Assembly (NCBI GenBank): GCA_965261945.1
Contig: CBDHEF010000002.1
Location: forward strand, 591,327 to 655,326
Reading direction: 5' to 3'
Source of the DNA: Dehalococcoidia bacterium
GTDB lineage: Bacteria; Chloroflexota; Dehalococcoidia; Lucifugimonadales; UBA3495
DNA length: 64,000 bases
Positions within the stretch are counted from its first letter, which is position 1. Each line of letters begins with the position of its first letter. Below, in pieces: positions 26,551-35,174 of the stretch. Both the position numbers and the translations under genes were made by a program. Below the pieces are notes generated by a model that saw nothing but the letters and a program-made list of their open reading frames with translations, had not been told where the DNA came from and searched no databases.

Positions 26551-27926
26551 CGGCAAGCAACGAACTGCGTCCGGTCCTGATTCGACAGGCCCGGCTGATT
26601 GACCCAGCCCGGCAATTGGACCTTGTGGGCGACTTACTGGTTGACGGCGGGCGGATCGCCGCCGCCGGACCAGTAATCGAAGGTCCTCCCGACGGTTGCA
26701 TAGTAGTAGCCGCCTCTGGCTTGGTGGTTTGTCCGGGCTTCATCGACCTCCATGCTCACCTGCGGGAGCCGGGATACGAATATAAAGAGACCATCGCCAC
26801 CGGCTCGCAGGCGGCGGCGAGGGGCGGATTCACCACGGTCTGTTGCATGCCCAACACCGACCCGCCCATTGACTCTGAATCGGTTGTCGAATTTGTCCTG
26901 CGCCGCGCCCGAGACGCCGGGCAGGTGCGCATATTGCCCATCGGCTGCGTCACCCGCGGCCGTCAAGGCCGGGAACTGGCCGACATGGAAGAGATGGCGG
27001 CGGCCGGAGCGGTGGCCTTTAGCGACGACGGCGACCCGGTGGAGGACGCCAACCTGATGCGAATGGCGCTCACCTACAGCGCCGACCTGGGCCGGCCCGT
27101 CAGCAACCACTGTCAAGACCTCCATCTCAGCGGTGAGGGCGTGATGGCCGAGGGCGCGGTGGCGACACGACTGGGGCTGCCCGGCATACCCCCAGCCGCC
27201 GAAGACGCCATGATCGCCCGCGACATCGCCCTGGCCCAGGCCACCGGCGGACGGCTCCACATCGCCCACCTCAGCACCGCAGGCAGCGTTCCCCTGGTGC
27301 GCCGCGCCAAAGATATTGGGCTGAACGTAACCGCAGAGGTCTGTCCGCATCACCTAACCATCACCGACCAGTGGGCTTTGGGGGCAAAGGGCAGCGGGGC
27401 AGGGCGCAGCGAGTGGGCCTACGACACCGCCACCAAAGTATACCCGCCCCTGCGCAGCCGGGCCGACGCCGACGCGCTGGTGGAGGCGCTGGCCGACGGG
27501 ACAATCGACTGCATCGCCACCGACCACGCTCCCCACGACGTGGCCAGCAAGCAGGTGACCTATCAGGACGCCGCCTTTGGCATCAGCGTTCTGGAAACCG
27601 CCCTGGGTTCGGCATTGCAGCCGGTGCACGATGGGCGGATATCACTGTCGACGCTGGTGGAGCGCCTGACCGTCGGGCCCGCCCGAGTGCTGGGGCCGGA
27701 ATACGCGCCCCTGGCCTCGCTGGCCCCTGGTACGCCTGCCGACCTCGTTCTGTTTGACCCCGAACTGGAATGGACCGTTGACGTTGGGGAATTTGCTTCA
27801 AAGGGTAAGAATACTCCCCTCGACGGAACTAGGCTGCGGGGCTGCGTCCTGGCTGCCATCTCCGGCGGCAAAGTTATCTACCATACAAAAAACTTGCGTT
27901 TTCAGGAAGCCGATGTATCAGCATGA
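26547..27926 (+). CDS. pyrC: Dihydroorotase (long, multifunctional-complex type)
   Basis: PGFIDLHAHLREPG...ATDHAPH. ATGA overlap with pyrB. Confidence 0.9.
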   Translation: MTASNELRPVLIRQARLIDPARQLDLVGDLLVDGGRIAAAGPVIEGPPDGCIVVAASGLVVCPGFIDLHAHLREPGYEYKETIATGSQAAARGGFTTVCCMPNTDPPIDSESVVEFVLRRARDAGQVRILPIGCVTRGRQGRELADMEEMAAAGAVAFSDDGDPVEDANLMRMALTYSADLGRPVSNHCQDLHLSGEGVMAEGAVATRLGLPGIPPAAEDAMIARDIALAQATGGRLHIAHLSTAGSVPLVRRAKDIGLNVTAEVCPHHLTITDQWALGAKGSGAGRSEWAYDTATKVYPPLRSRADADALVEALADGTIDCIATDHAPHDVASKQVTYQDAAFGISVLETALGSALQPVHDGRISLSTLVERLTVGPARVLGPEYAPLASLAPGTPADLVLFDPELEWTVDVGEFASKGKNTPLDGTRLRGCVLAAISGGKVIYHTKNLRFQEADVSA

Positions 27927-27979
27927 TTCAGGCTCACGCCCGGATATCTGGCGGGATGACGCACCGGAGGTGAAGTAAA

Positions 27980-29071
27980 TTGCCCTCCGCTTATCTCGTA
28001 CTGGAAGACGGATCGGTTCACCGCGGTCAGGGCTTCGGAGCGATAGGCGAGGCCGTGGGCGAAGTGGTGTTCAACACCACCATGACCGGCTATCAGGAAG
28101 TGTTAACCGACCCATCCTACGCCGGGCAGTTGGTCACGCTCACCTATCCGCTGGTGGGCAACTACGGCATCAACGAGCAGGACTCCGAGTCCCGGCGCAT
28201 CCGGGTGAGTGGCCTGATTGTGCGTGAGCATTGCGACTCGCCCAGCCACGGCGCCAGCGACCGCACCATCCACGAATTCCTGCACAGCCAGGGCATTCCC
28301 GGCATCAGTGGCGTGGATACCCGCGCCATCACCAGGCGGCTGCGCTCCAACGGGGTGATGATGGGCGCCATAGCCGCAGATCCGGGTGAGGCCCAGGCCA
28401 GCCTGAAGGCGGCCACCGGCTACGGCGAGATCGACCACGTCCGCAGCGTCAGCACCGCCACAGCCTACGACTGGGGCGAGAGACGCCAAAACGGTTCGGA
28501 AAGGCCCTACCGGGTGCTGGTAATGGACTGCGGGCTTAAATACAATATCCTTCGTGAACTAACCCGGCGCGGCTGCCAGGTGCAGGTGGCGCCAGCCGGC
28601 ATACCGGCGGAAGACCTGCTTTCTCTGCATCCATCAGGGGTGCTCCTCTCGCCAGGTCCCGGCGACCCGCAGTTGCTCGACTACGTGGTGGACAACGTCC
28701 GGCAGATTCTGGGCAGGGTTCCGGTCATGGGTATCTGCCTGGGCCACCAGATCGTTGCGCGGGCGCTCGATGCGGATACTTTTAAGCTGAAATTCGGACA
28801 CCGCGGCGGCAACCACCCGGTGCGGGACCTGTCCGACGGCAGGGTCTACATCACGGCACAGAACCACGGCTATGCAGTGCGCGCTGATTCCTTGCCGCCC
28901 GGACTGGAGGTCTCCCACATCAATCTCAACGACGACACAGTGGAAGGACTGACTCACCGCGAATTGCCTCTGTTCACGATTCAGTACCATTCGGAGGCCT
29001 CGCCGGGGCCGAGAGACAACGAGTATCTTTTTGACCGGTTCCTGAAATTGATGGATGACTTCAACGGATAA
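27980..29071 (+). CDS. carA: Carbamoyl-phosphate synthase small (glutaminase) subunit
   Basis: LVLEDG....G.GFGA......GEVVFNT.MTGYQE.LTDPSY.GQ and the GATase triad region GICLGHQ...HRG.NHPV. TTG start. Confidence 0.95.
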   Translation: MPSAYLVLEDGSVHRGQGFGAIGEAVGEVVFNTTMTGYQEVLTDPSYAGQLVTLTYPLVGNYGINEQDSESRRIRVSGLIVREHCDSPSHGASDRTIHEFLHSQGIPGISGVDTRAITRRLRSNGVMMGAIAADPGEAQASLKAATGYGEIDHVRSVSTATAYDWGERRQNGSERPYRVLVMDCGLKYNILRELTRRGCQVQVAPAGIPAEDLLSLHPSGVLLSPGPGDPQLLDYVVDNVRQILGRVPVMGICLGHQIVARALDADTFKLKFGHRGGNHPVRDLSDGRVYITAQNHGYAVRADSLPPGLEVSHINLNDDTVEGLTHRELPLFTIQYHSEASPGPRDNEYLFDRFLKLMDDFNG

Positions 29072-29206
29072 CCCAGGAAAACACGCAACGACCACAAAGG
29101 AGGTGCAGATAACGCGCATCCGGCAGTCAGAGCCTCTGAGTCCGGGCCGGGCTCGGATGCTTCCCCCTAATCAACGCAGACAGCAACTTTCCGGAGGAAT
29201 TATTCT

Positions 29207-29626
29207 ATGTCTTCTTTTTCCATGGTTTTGCTGGAAGGGGGGGTGGATGTGGTGGTGGACGTGGACTTTGCGGAGATGACCTCGCTACTGGATCAAGAGG
29301 TTCCCCGCTACAGTTGCGGCGAATTCGGTTTCACAGTAACGCCCGGCAGGGGGGAAATCGGGCGGCAATGGATTTTCGGGGTCAGCGCTTTTCCCCTGGG
29401 CCAACCGAGGCAGCAGCCTTTGATTTCCCTGGGCCGCATGGAAGTCGAGGTAACCCCTGACGGCGACGTAGGCATCAGCATTCCGCCAAGAATCGAGCAG
29501 GCGGTGCCCGGCGAGGATGCTGCCGACTGGGACGGAAAGCTGTTCGGGGCCTTTGTGTTTCAACTGCTGAACTCACTCTACGACCGAAATCTCATAGCCC
29601 TGCCCGGCATTCTGCCCAAGTTCTAG
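29207..29626 (+). CDS. Hypothetical protein inserted between carA and carB
   Basis: 139-aa ORF with a GGAGGA RBS 8 nt before ATG 29207. GC and codon usage look native. I recognise no family. Confidence 0.5.
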   Translation: MSSFSMVLLEGGVDVVVDVDFAEMTSLLDQEVPRYSCGEFGFTVTPGRGEIGRQWIFGVSAFPLGQPRQQPLISLGRMEVEVTPDGDVGISIPPRIEQAVPGEDAADWDGKLFGAFVFQLLNSLYDRNLIALPGILPKF

Positions 29627-29655
29627 CGGCCAGGGCTGTAATCCGGAGATCAGAC

Positions 29656-29682
29656 AAGCCCGGTTTCTTGCGAACCGGGCTT
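29656..29682 (+). other. 10-bp perfect hairpin between orf139 and carB
   Basis: AAGCCCGGTT (29656-29665) / AACCGGGCTT (29673-29682) with a 7-nt loop and no U-tract. Its 3' arm sequesters the only canonical in-frame start candidate (TTG 29681) of carB. Confidence 0.6.
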
Positions 29683-32600
29683 GAAATGTGGATGCAATTT
29701 TAAGCGCAATCGTTTCCGCCGGCCAGCGGAGCAGCGCCGACATTGGGGAGGCGACACCACGGAAAAGCCGAAGAAAGTTCTGGTCATTGGCTCCGGCCCC
29801 ATCGTAATCGGACAGGCGGCGGAATTTGACTACGCGGGCACCCAGGCCTGCAAGGCCCTCCGCGAGGAGGGTGTCGAGACTGTCCTGGTGAACTCCAACC
29901 CGGCCACCATCATGACAGATCAGGGCATCGCGGACCATGTGTACATAGAGCCGCTCACCGTGGAGGTCCTTGAGAGGATAATTGAACGGGAGCAGCCCGA
30001 TGGACTCCTGCCCACGCTGGGCGGTCAGACGGGGCTGAATCTGGCAGTCGACCTGGCCGATGCCGGTGTGCTGGAGCGTTATAACGTTCACCTGCTGGGT
30101 ACGCCACTGGAAACCATCCGCCGCTCCGAGGACCGGGAATTCTTCCGCAACTTCCTTCACGAAATAGGCGAGCCGGAACCGGAGAACGTCACTGCCAGTT
30201 CCATGGATCAAGCCCGCGAGGTCGCCGCCCACATGGGGCTGCCTCTAGTCATCCGGCCTGCCTACACCCTGGGCGGCAGCGGCGGCGGCATCGCCAACAC
30301 CGAGGAAGAATTCGAGGCCATCGCCCACTCGGGCCTGTCGGCCAGCCCTATCTCTCAGATTCTGCTGGAGCGGTCCTTGGTGGGCTGGAAAGAGATAGAG
30401 TACGAGGTGGTGCGCGACGGGGCCGACAATTGCATCACCGTCTGCAACATGGAAAACCTGGACCCCATGGGAGTCCACACCGGCGACAGCATCGTTGTGG
30501 CTCCCAGCCAGACGTTGACCGACAAAGAGTACCAGATGCTCCGCACCGCCTCCCTGAAAATTATCCGCGGGCTGGGAATCGAGGGAGGCTGCAATGTACA
30601 GTTCGCCCTTCAGCCCCATCCCAGCGTGGCGAAAGTAATCGGCCTGGAATGGCGGCAGGACTCCCCCTACTATGTTATCGAGGTCAATCCCAGGGTGAGC
30701 CGCAGTTCAGCCCTGGCCAGCAAGGCCACCGGATACCCCATTGCCCGTGTAGCCGCCAAGATCGCCGTTGGGCGCCGTCTCGACGAAATCGACAACGCGG
30801 TCACCGGACGCACCAAGGCTGCCTTCGAGCCGGCCCTGGACTACTGCGTGGTGAAAATTCCCAGGTGGCCCTTCGACAAATTCCCGCATGGCGACCGCCG
30901 CACCACCACTCAGATGAAGGCCACCGGCGAAGTAATGGTGATAGACCGCTCCTTTGAGGCCGCCATGCAGAAGGGCGTTCGCTCGCTGGAACTGAGCGGC
31001 CGGTCCCTGCTTTGGGAGGATCCTGCCTGGCGCGCCAGCGACGGCGCAACTGACGACGAGCTGCCCCTGGGTCCCAACGACCAGCGTTTGTGGGCCATCA
31101 TGGCTGCCCTGCGCCGGGGTTTTACCATAGACCAGTTGGTGGAGCGCACACTGTTCGAGCCATGGTTCCTCGTCGCTATGGAGCGCCTCGTCAAAATGGA
31201 GCGGCGCCTGCTGTCCGAGGAACTGACCCCCAGCCTGCTCTACGACTCCAAGCGACTTGGTTTCTCTGACGCCCAGATCGGGACGCTGGCCGATATGCTT
31301 CCCGAGCAGGTACGCAACCTGCGCCGCCAGTGGGGCTTGCGCCCGGTGTACAAGACAGTGGACACCTGCGCTGCCGAATTCGACGCAGTAACCCCCTATT
31401 ACTACAGCACCTACGACGAGGAAAATGAGGCCCCGCCGCTGGAAGGCAAAAAGGCGCTGGTCATTGGAAGCGGCCCCATCCGCATTGGGCAGGGCATTGA
31501 GTTCGACTATTGCAGCGTCCATGCGGCCATTGCCCTGTCGGAGGCCGGCGTCCGCAGCATCATGGTCAACTCCAACCCGGAAACGGTTTCAACCGACTTT
31601 GATTCCAGCGACCGACTTTACTTCGAGCCGCTGGACGAAGAATCGGTGCGCGACATCATAGAAAACGAGACGGGAGATGGCGAAAACGGCGACATTCCGC
31701 CTCCGGCTTCCCTGGTGCAGTTCGGCGGGCAGACTGCTATTGACCTTTCCCAGGCCCTCTCCCTCGCCGGATTGCCCATTCTCGGATCCAGCGCCGAGGC
31801 CATTGACATAGCATCCGACCGGCAGAAGTTCGAGGACTTTCTTTCGCGTCTGGGCATACCGCAGCCGCCCGGCGGGGCGGTTACGACGGTAAGCGAGGCC
31901 CTGCAGGTGGCCCAGACCATCGGCTACCCCGCGGTGGTGCGCCCCAGCTACGTCTTGGGCGGGCGTGCCATGGAAATCGTCCAGAACGCCAGCGAGCTCA
32001 TCCGCTACCTCACCGCCGCAACCGATTTGTCGCCCGACAAGCCAGTGCTCATCGACCGCTACATGGAGGGGAAGGAGTGCGAGGTTGACGCCATCTGCGA
32101 CGGAGAGGGAGTGCTGATTCCGGGGGTAATGGAGCACGTTGAGCGGGCCGGTGTTCACAGCGGAGACTCCATGGCCATATACCCCGGCCTGAATCTAACC
32201 GAGTCGGAAGTGGATACCATCGTCGACTATACCATTCGCATCGGGCTGGCTTTGGGCGTGCGTGGACTGATGAACGTCCAGTTCGTGATTCACGGGGGCG
32301 GGGCGTACCGCAGCCCGAATACCCCCCATGCCGATACCGAGGCCACGACGGTATACGTTCTGGAGGTCAACCCCCGGGGCAGCCGCACCATCCCGTTCAT
32401 TTCCAAGGTGACAGGAGTGCCTGTAGCCAGGCTGGCGACGCGGGTGATGCTGGGTTATACCCTCGCAGAGGAGGGATACCCCACCGGGCTCTGGCCCCGT
32501 CAGGGACTGGTGGGGGTGAAAGCCCCGGTCTTTTCCATGGCCAAGCTGGTGGGCGTAGATTGGCATCTGGGGCCGGAAATGAAGTCCACCGGCGAGGTGA

Positions 32601-33088
32601 TGGGCATAGACAGGAACTTCTCGGCGGCCCTGACCAAGGCGCTGCTGGCGGCACGGCTCAACCTCCGCGAGGGCATTGGTGTACTGCTAAGCATCGCCGA
32701 CCAGCACAAGGCCGAAGCGGTGTCGCTGATCCAAGGGCTGGACCGGGCCCACTGCCGACTCTACGCCACCGAAGGCACAGCCGCCATGATTGCCGCCATG
32801 GGACTGCCGGTGACCATGACGACCAAGAAGCTCAGCGAGGGCCATCCCAACGTAGTTGACGTAATCAATGACGGCAGTGTCGGGGCGGTCATCAACACCA
32901 TATCCGGAGTCAGCGAAGTGCTGCGCGACGGCTTCCACATTCGCCGCGCCGCCGTGGAGCGGCAAATCCCGTGCTTCACCTCCCTGGACACCGCGCGCGC
33001 GGCGGTGGAGAGCCTGCTGGCCGGCCACTCCGCCTACGCCATCGGCACCACCCGCGAGTATTTGGGCTGGGACTTGCCTCGCGTTTGA
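29681..33088 (+). CDS. carB: Carbamoyl-phosphate synthase large subunit (start codon uncertain)
   Basis: KKVLVIGSGPIVIGQAAEFDYAG... and a second ATP-grasp half KKALVIGSGPIRIGQGIEFDY. Full-length two-lobed CarB plus an MGS-like tail. The conserved N-terminus begins near 29759, where only ACG (preceded by GGGGAGG) is available. Confidence 0.95.
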   Translation: MKCGCNFKRNRFRRPAEQRRHWGGDTTEKPKKVLVIGSGPIVIGQAAEFDYAGTQACKALREEGVETVLVNSNPATIMTDQGIADHVYIEPLTVEVLERIIEREQPDGLLPTLGGQTGLNLAVDLADAGVLERYNVHLLGTPLETIRRSEDREFFRNFLHEIGEPEPENVTASSMDQAREVAAHMGLPLVIRPAYTLGGSGGGIANTEEEFEAIAHSGLSASPISQILLERSLVGWKEIEYEVVRDGADNCITVCNMENLDPMGVHTGDSIVVAPSQTLTDKEYQMLRTASLKIIRGLGIEGGCNVQFALQPHPSVAKVIGLEWRQDSPYYVIEVNPRVSRSSALASKATGYPIARVAAKIAVGRRLDEIDNAVTGRTKAAFEPALDYCVVKIPRWPFDKFPHGDRRTTTQMKATGEVMVIDRSFEAAMQKGVRSLELSGRSLLWEDPAWRASDGATDDELPLGPNDQRLWAIMAALRRGFTIDQLVERTLFEPWFLVAMERLVKMERRLLSEELTPSLLYDSKRLGFSDAQIGTLADMLPEQVRNLRRQWGLRPVYKTVDTCAAEFDAVTPYYYSTYDEENEAPPLEGKKALVIGSGPIRIGQGIEFDYCSVHAAIALSEAGVRSIMVNSNPETVSTDFDSSDRLYFEPLDEESVRDIIENETGDGENGDIPPPASLVQFGGQTAIDLSQALSLAGLPILGSSAEAIDIASDRQKFEDFLSRLGIPQPPGGAVTTVSEALQVAQTIGYPAVVRPSYVLGGRAMEIVQNASELIRYLTAATDLSPDKPVLIDRYMEGKECEVDAICDGEGVLIPGVMEHVERAGVHSGDSMAIYPGLNLTESEVDTIVDYTIRIGLALGVRGLMNVQFVIHGGGAYRSPNTPHADTEATTVYVLEVNPRGSRTIPFISKVTGVPVARLATRVMLGYTLAEEGYPTGLWPRQGLVGVKAPVFSMAKLVGVDWHLGPEMKSTGEVMGIDRNFSAALTKALLAARLNLREGIGVLLSIADQHKAEAVSLIQGLDRAHCRLYATEGTAAMIAAMGLPVTMTTKKLSEGHPNVVDVINDGSVGAVINTISGVSEVLRDGFHIRRAAVERQIPCFTSLDTARAAVESLLAGHSAYAIGTTREYLGWDLPRV

Positions 33089-33131
33089 CCGTAACGCAGC
33101 CACGGGTTAGTCTGGAGTACGACCTTGGCAA

Positions 33132-33269
33132 ATGAGAGGCGCTACGAAATTCAAGGTCGTACTGTACGAACTTGAAGAGGGTTTCACTGTATTTTGCCCG
33201 GAACTTCAAGGTTGCGTCACGGAAGGGGTTGAAGAGCCAAAGGCCGAAGAAGCCGCAGCAGTAAACTAA
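33132..33269 (+). CDS. HicB-like antitoxin, short/truncated (45 aa)
   Basis: MRGATKFKVVLYELEEGFTVFCPELQGCVTEGVEEPKAEEA resembles the HicB N-terminal fold motif (..GGY.A.CPELPGC.SQGET.EEA). It is below the ORF-track length cutoff. Confidence 0.45.
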   Translation: MRGATKFKVVLYELEEGFTVFCPELQGCVTEGVEEPKAEEAAAVN

Positions 33270-33272
33270 TCC

Positions 33273-33498
33273 GTGCCTCTCATTCCCGGAGTCAACCACT
33301 TGTGTGCCGTGCAAGCTCTCGAGAAAGCAGGGTTCCATATCAGGCGACAGGGAAAGCGCATAATAATGGGCGACGGTTACCGAACTGCTGTTATTACTCG
33401 CCTGTTATTCCTCCCCAAAACCCAATCAAGCCCGCCGCAATGGGCGGCATTGTGGCTAGAGCAGGCTGACGGTGGAGCGGTTCCGCGAGTTGCTGAAA
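33273..33498 (+). pseudogene. HicA-like toxin gene disrupted by two frameshifts
   Basis: Frame 0 reads MPLIPGVNHLCAVQALEKAGFHIRRQGKRIIMGDGYRTAVI. Frame 2 reads PQNPIKPAAMGGIVARAG then a stop. Frame 1 reads LTVERFRELLKL. Together they reconstruct a typical HicA/YcfA sequence. Confidence 0.55.
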
Positions 33499-33546
33499 CT
33501 TGTTGCCCTCTCAGATTCGACAGCCAGGAATCCTAGACACTTCCCC

Positions 33547-34500
33547 CTACCAGTCCATCTCCGTCCCCAGACCCTGCTCGCGGGCGCTGTCGTAGGCCAG
33601 CTTGGCCGCGGCCACGTCGGCTACACCCGTTCCCATCAGCTTGGCGTACACTATCTGCGAGTCGTTGTCCCGGCCGGAAATAGCTCCGCAGACGGCGTGG
33701 CGCAGTTCCGATAACCGGCTCCAATTCAGCAGCCCCTTGTCAACCGCGGCGGCTATGTCGCCCGCCTCAATCGGGGCTTGGTCCAGCGAATCGACGAACA
33801 GCTTGTCGGCGCGGGCCAGGGTATTCTCATCCACCTCGCTGGCGCGCCAGGTTGTCGGCCCTGCGCCGATGATGGTGACTCCCGGCTTCAGCCAGTCGCC
33901 CTGAATCACCGGCTCCATGGTGGCCGCGATACCGATCACGATGTCGCAGTCTCTCACTGCCTCTTCGTTGGTGTCGGTCGGCTTGACCGGCACTCTCATG
34001 GTGTCGGCCATGCGGGCGGCAAACTCGGTTCGGCACTCGGGGTTGCGGCTGAAGGCTTTGACCTCGGACAGCTCGCGGACGCTGGCAACCGCCTGGAGCT
34101 GGGTGGGGGCCTGCCCGCCGGTGCCGATGATGCCTACCTTGAGAGCTCCGCCAATGGAGAGATGCTTCACGGCGACGCCGGTGGTTGCGCCGGTTCTCAG
34201 TTGGCCCAGCCGGTTGGCCTGCAGGTAGCAGAGCAGCTTGCCGGTGGCAGCGTCATACAGGCTTACCTGGAAGGAATAGGAGCCGCGCACCACCGTGTAG
34301 GTCTTGACGCCCAGCACACCCTCGTAGAAGAGGCCGCCGCCCATGACCGAGAGCATCTCACTGTCGGCGATAATTTTGCGCCGGCCTAAGTTGTAGGCCT
34401 CCCCAAGACCGTAACGCATCTGCATATTTTCTATGCTGACCAGCATCGCGTCCATGGTCACGCTCTGGGTCACGTCTTCATCACGCAGAAATAGGGTCAT
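33547..34500 (-). CDS. Ornithine cyclodeaminase / mu-crystallin family protein
   Basis: LRTGATTGVAVKHL...VGIIGTGGQAPTQLQAV are typical OCD/mu-crystallin Rossmann motifs. Confidence 0.85.
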   Translation of the reverse strand: MTLFLRDEDVTQSVTMDAMLVSIENMQMRYGLGEAYNLGRRKIIADSEMLSVMGGGLFYEGVLGVKTYTVVRGSYSFQVSLYDAATGKLLCYLQANRLGQLRTGATTGVAVKHLSIGGALKVGIIGTGGQAPTQLQAVASVRELSEVKAFSRNPECRTEFAARMADTMRVPVKPTDTNEEAVRDCDIVIGIAATMEPVIQGDWLKPGVTIIGAGPTTWRASEVDENTLARADKLFVDSLDQAPIEAGDIAAAVDKGLLNWSRLSELRHAVCGAISGRDNDSQIVYAKLMGTGVADVAAAKLAYDSAREQGLGTEMDW

Positions 34501-34744
34501 GGCTGGGCACCTCCAAGTCTGTACAGGGGGTCTTTACACGGGCGGAATGCAGTCCGGGAGATTCTGGGGAGTATCCTGACAAGGCAGGGGCCTGGACGCA
34601 GCCCGGAGAAGGGCATCATACAATTGGCAATGACCGATACTCCGAATCCCGGCGTATTCGCGGTTTGAGGGCCCGAGCTTGCCCGGATGGCGGCAAGGTT
34701 AGGGAAACCACGGGTGCCTGAACGGAAAAGATGCGCAGACGCCG

Positions 34745-34987
34745 TTACTTCTTGTAGAAGTCCCGGTTTTTGGCGATGAACTGACGCTGGTTGGAAGGAA
34801 CCCTGAACTCATCGAAAATGGCGTTCACCGGGCAGACGGACTCGCAGTAGGCGCAGTCGATGCAGGTGACGGGGTCGATGAAGTACTGCTCCTCATCGTC
34901 GGTGGTGTTGATGCAATCAACGGGGCAAACCTCGATGCAGGTCGCGTCTTTCACGCCAATGCAGGGCTCAGTTATTACAAAAGGCAT
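34745..34987 (-). CDS. 7Fe-type ferredoxin (3Fe-4S + 4Fe-4S)
   Basis: MPFVITEPCIGVKDATCIEVCPVDCI...CIDCAYCESVCPVNAI. The true start is the internal Met (ORF-track start 35050 is upstream). Confidence 0.85.
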   Translation of the reverse strand: MPFVITEPCIGVKDATCIEVCPVDCINTTDDEEQYFIDPVTCIDCAYCESVCPVNAIFDEFRVPSNQRQFIAKNRDFYKK

Positions 34988-35117
34988 ACACTCAACCTGG
35001 AGGCGCTGCCCGCCCTGGCAAGGAGATTGGTCTTGTCGCCGCCGCGTCAACGGGAAATGACACCCGCTACCGGGGAGCTTGCACCATTCTTGATTTGAGC
35101 GTCATATTTTGTCAAGG

Positions 35118-35149
35118 GATACTATGTGATATATTGTATCGAGAGATAC
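35118..35149. promoter_or_regulatory. Candidate LysR-type operator in the ferredoxin/lysR divergent region
   Basis: GATAC-N13-GTATC (35118-35140) plus a third GATAC at 35145-35149. A direct repeat TACCGGGGAGC flanks the region. Confidence 0.3.
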
Positions 35150-35174
35150 ACGGGCGTTACCGGGGAGCAAATAC

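Noticed and set aside
29681-29683. TTG 29681 as the carB start (as implied by the ORF track)
   Set aside because: Not rejected outright but doubtful. It lies within the 3' arm of a 10-bp hairpin and has no RBS. It would add a 26-aa Cys/Arg-rich extension not expected for CarB (see the finding on the ACG/SD alternative).
32976-33338. 120-aa minus-strand ORF spanning the carB 3' end and the hicB-like region
   Set aside because: It overlaps carB antisense and the HicB-like ORF. No motif and no RBS.
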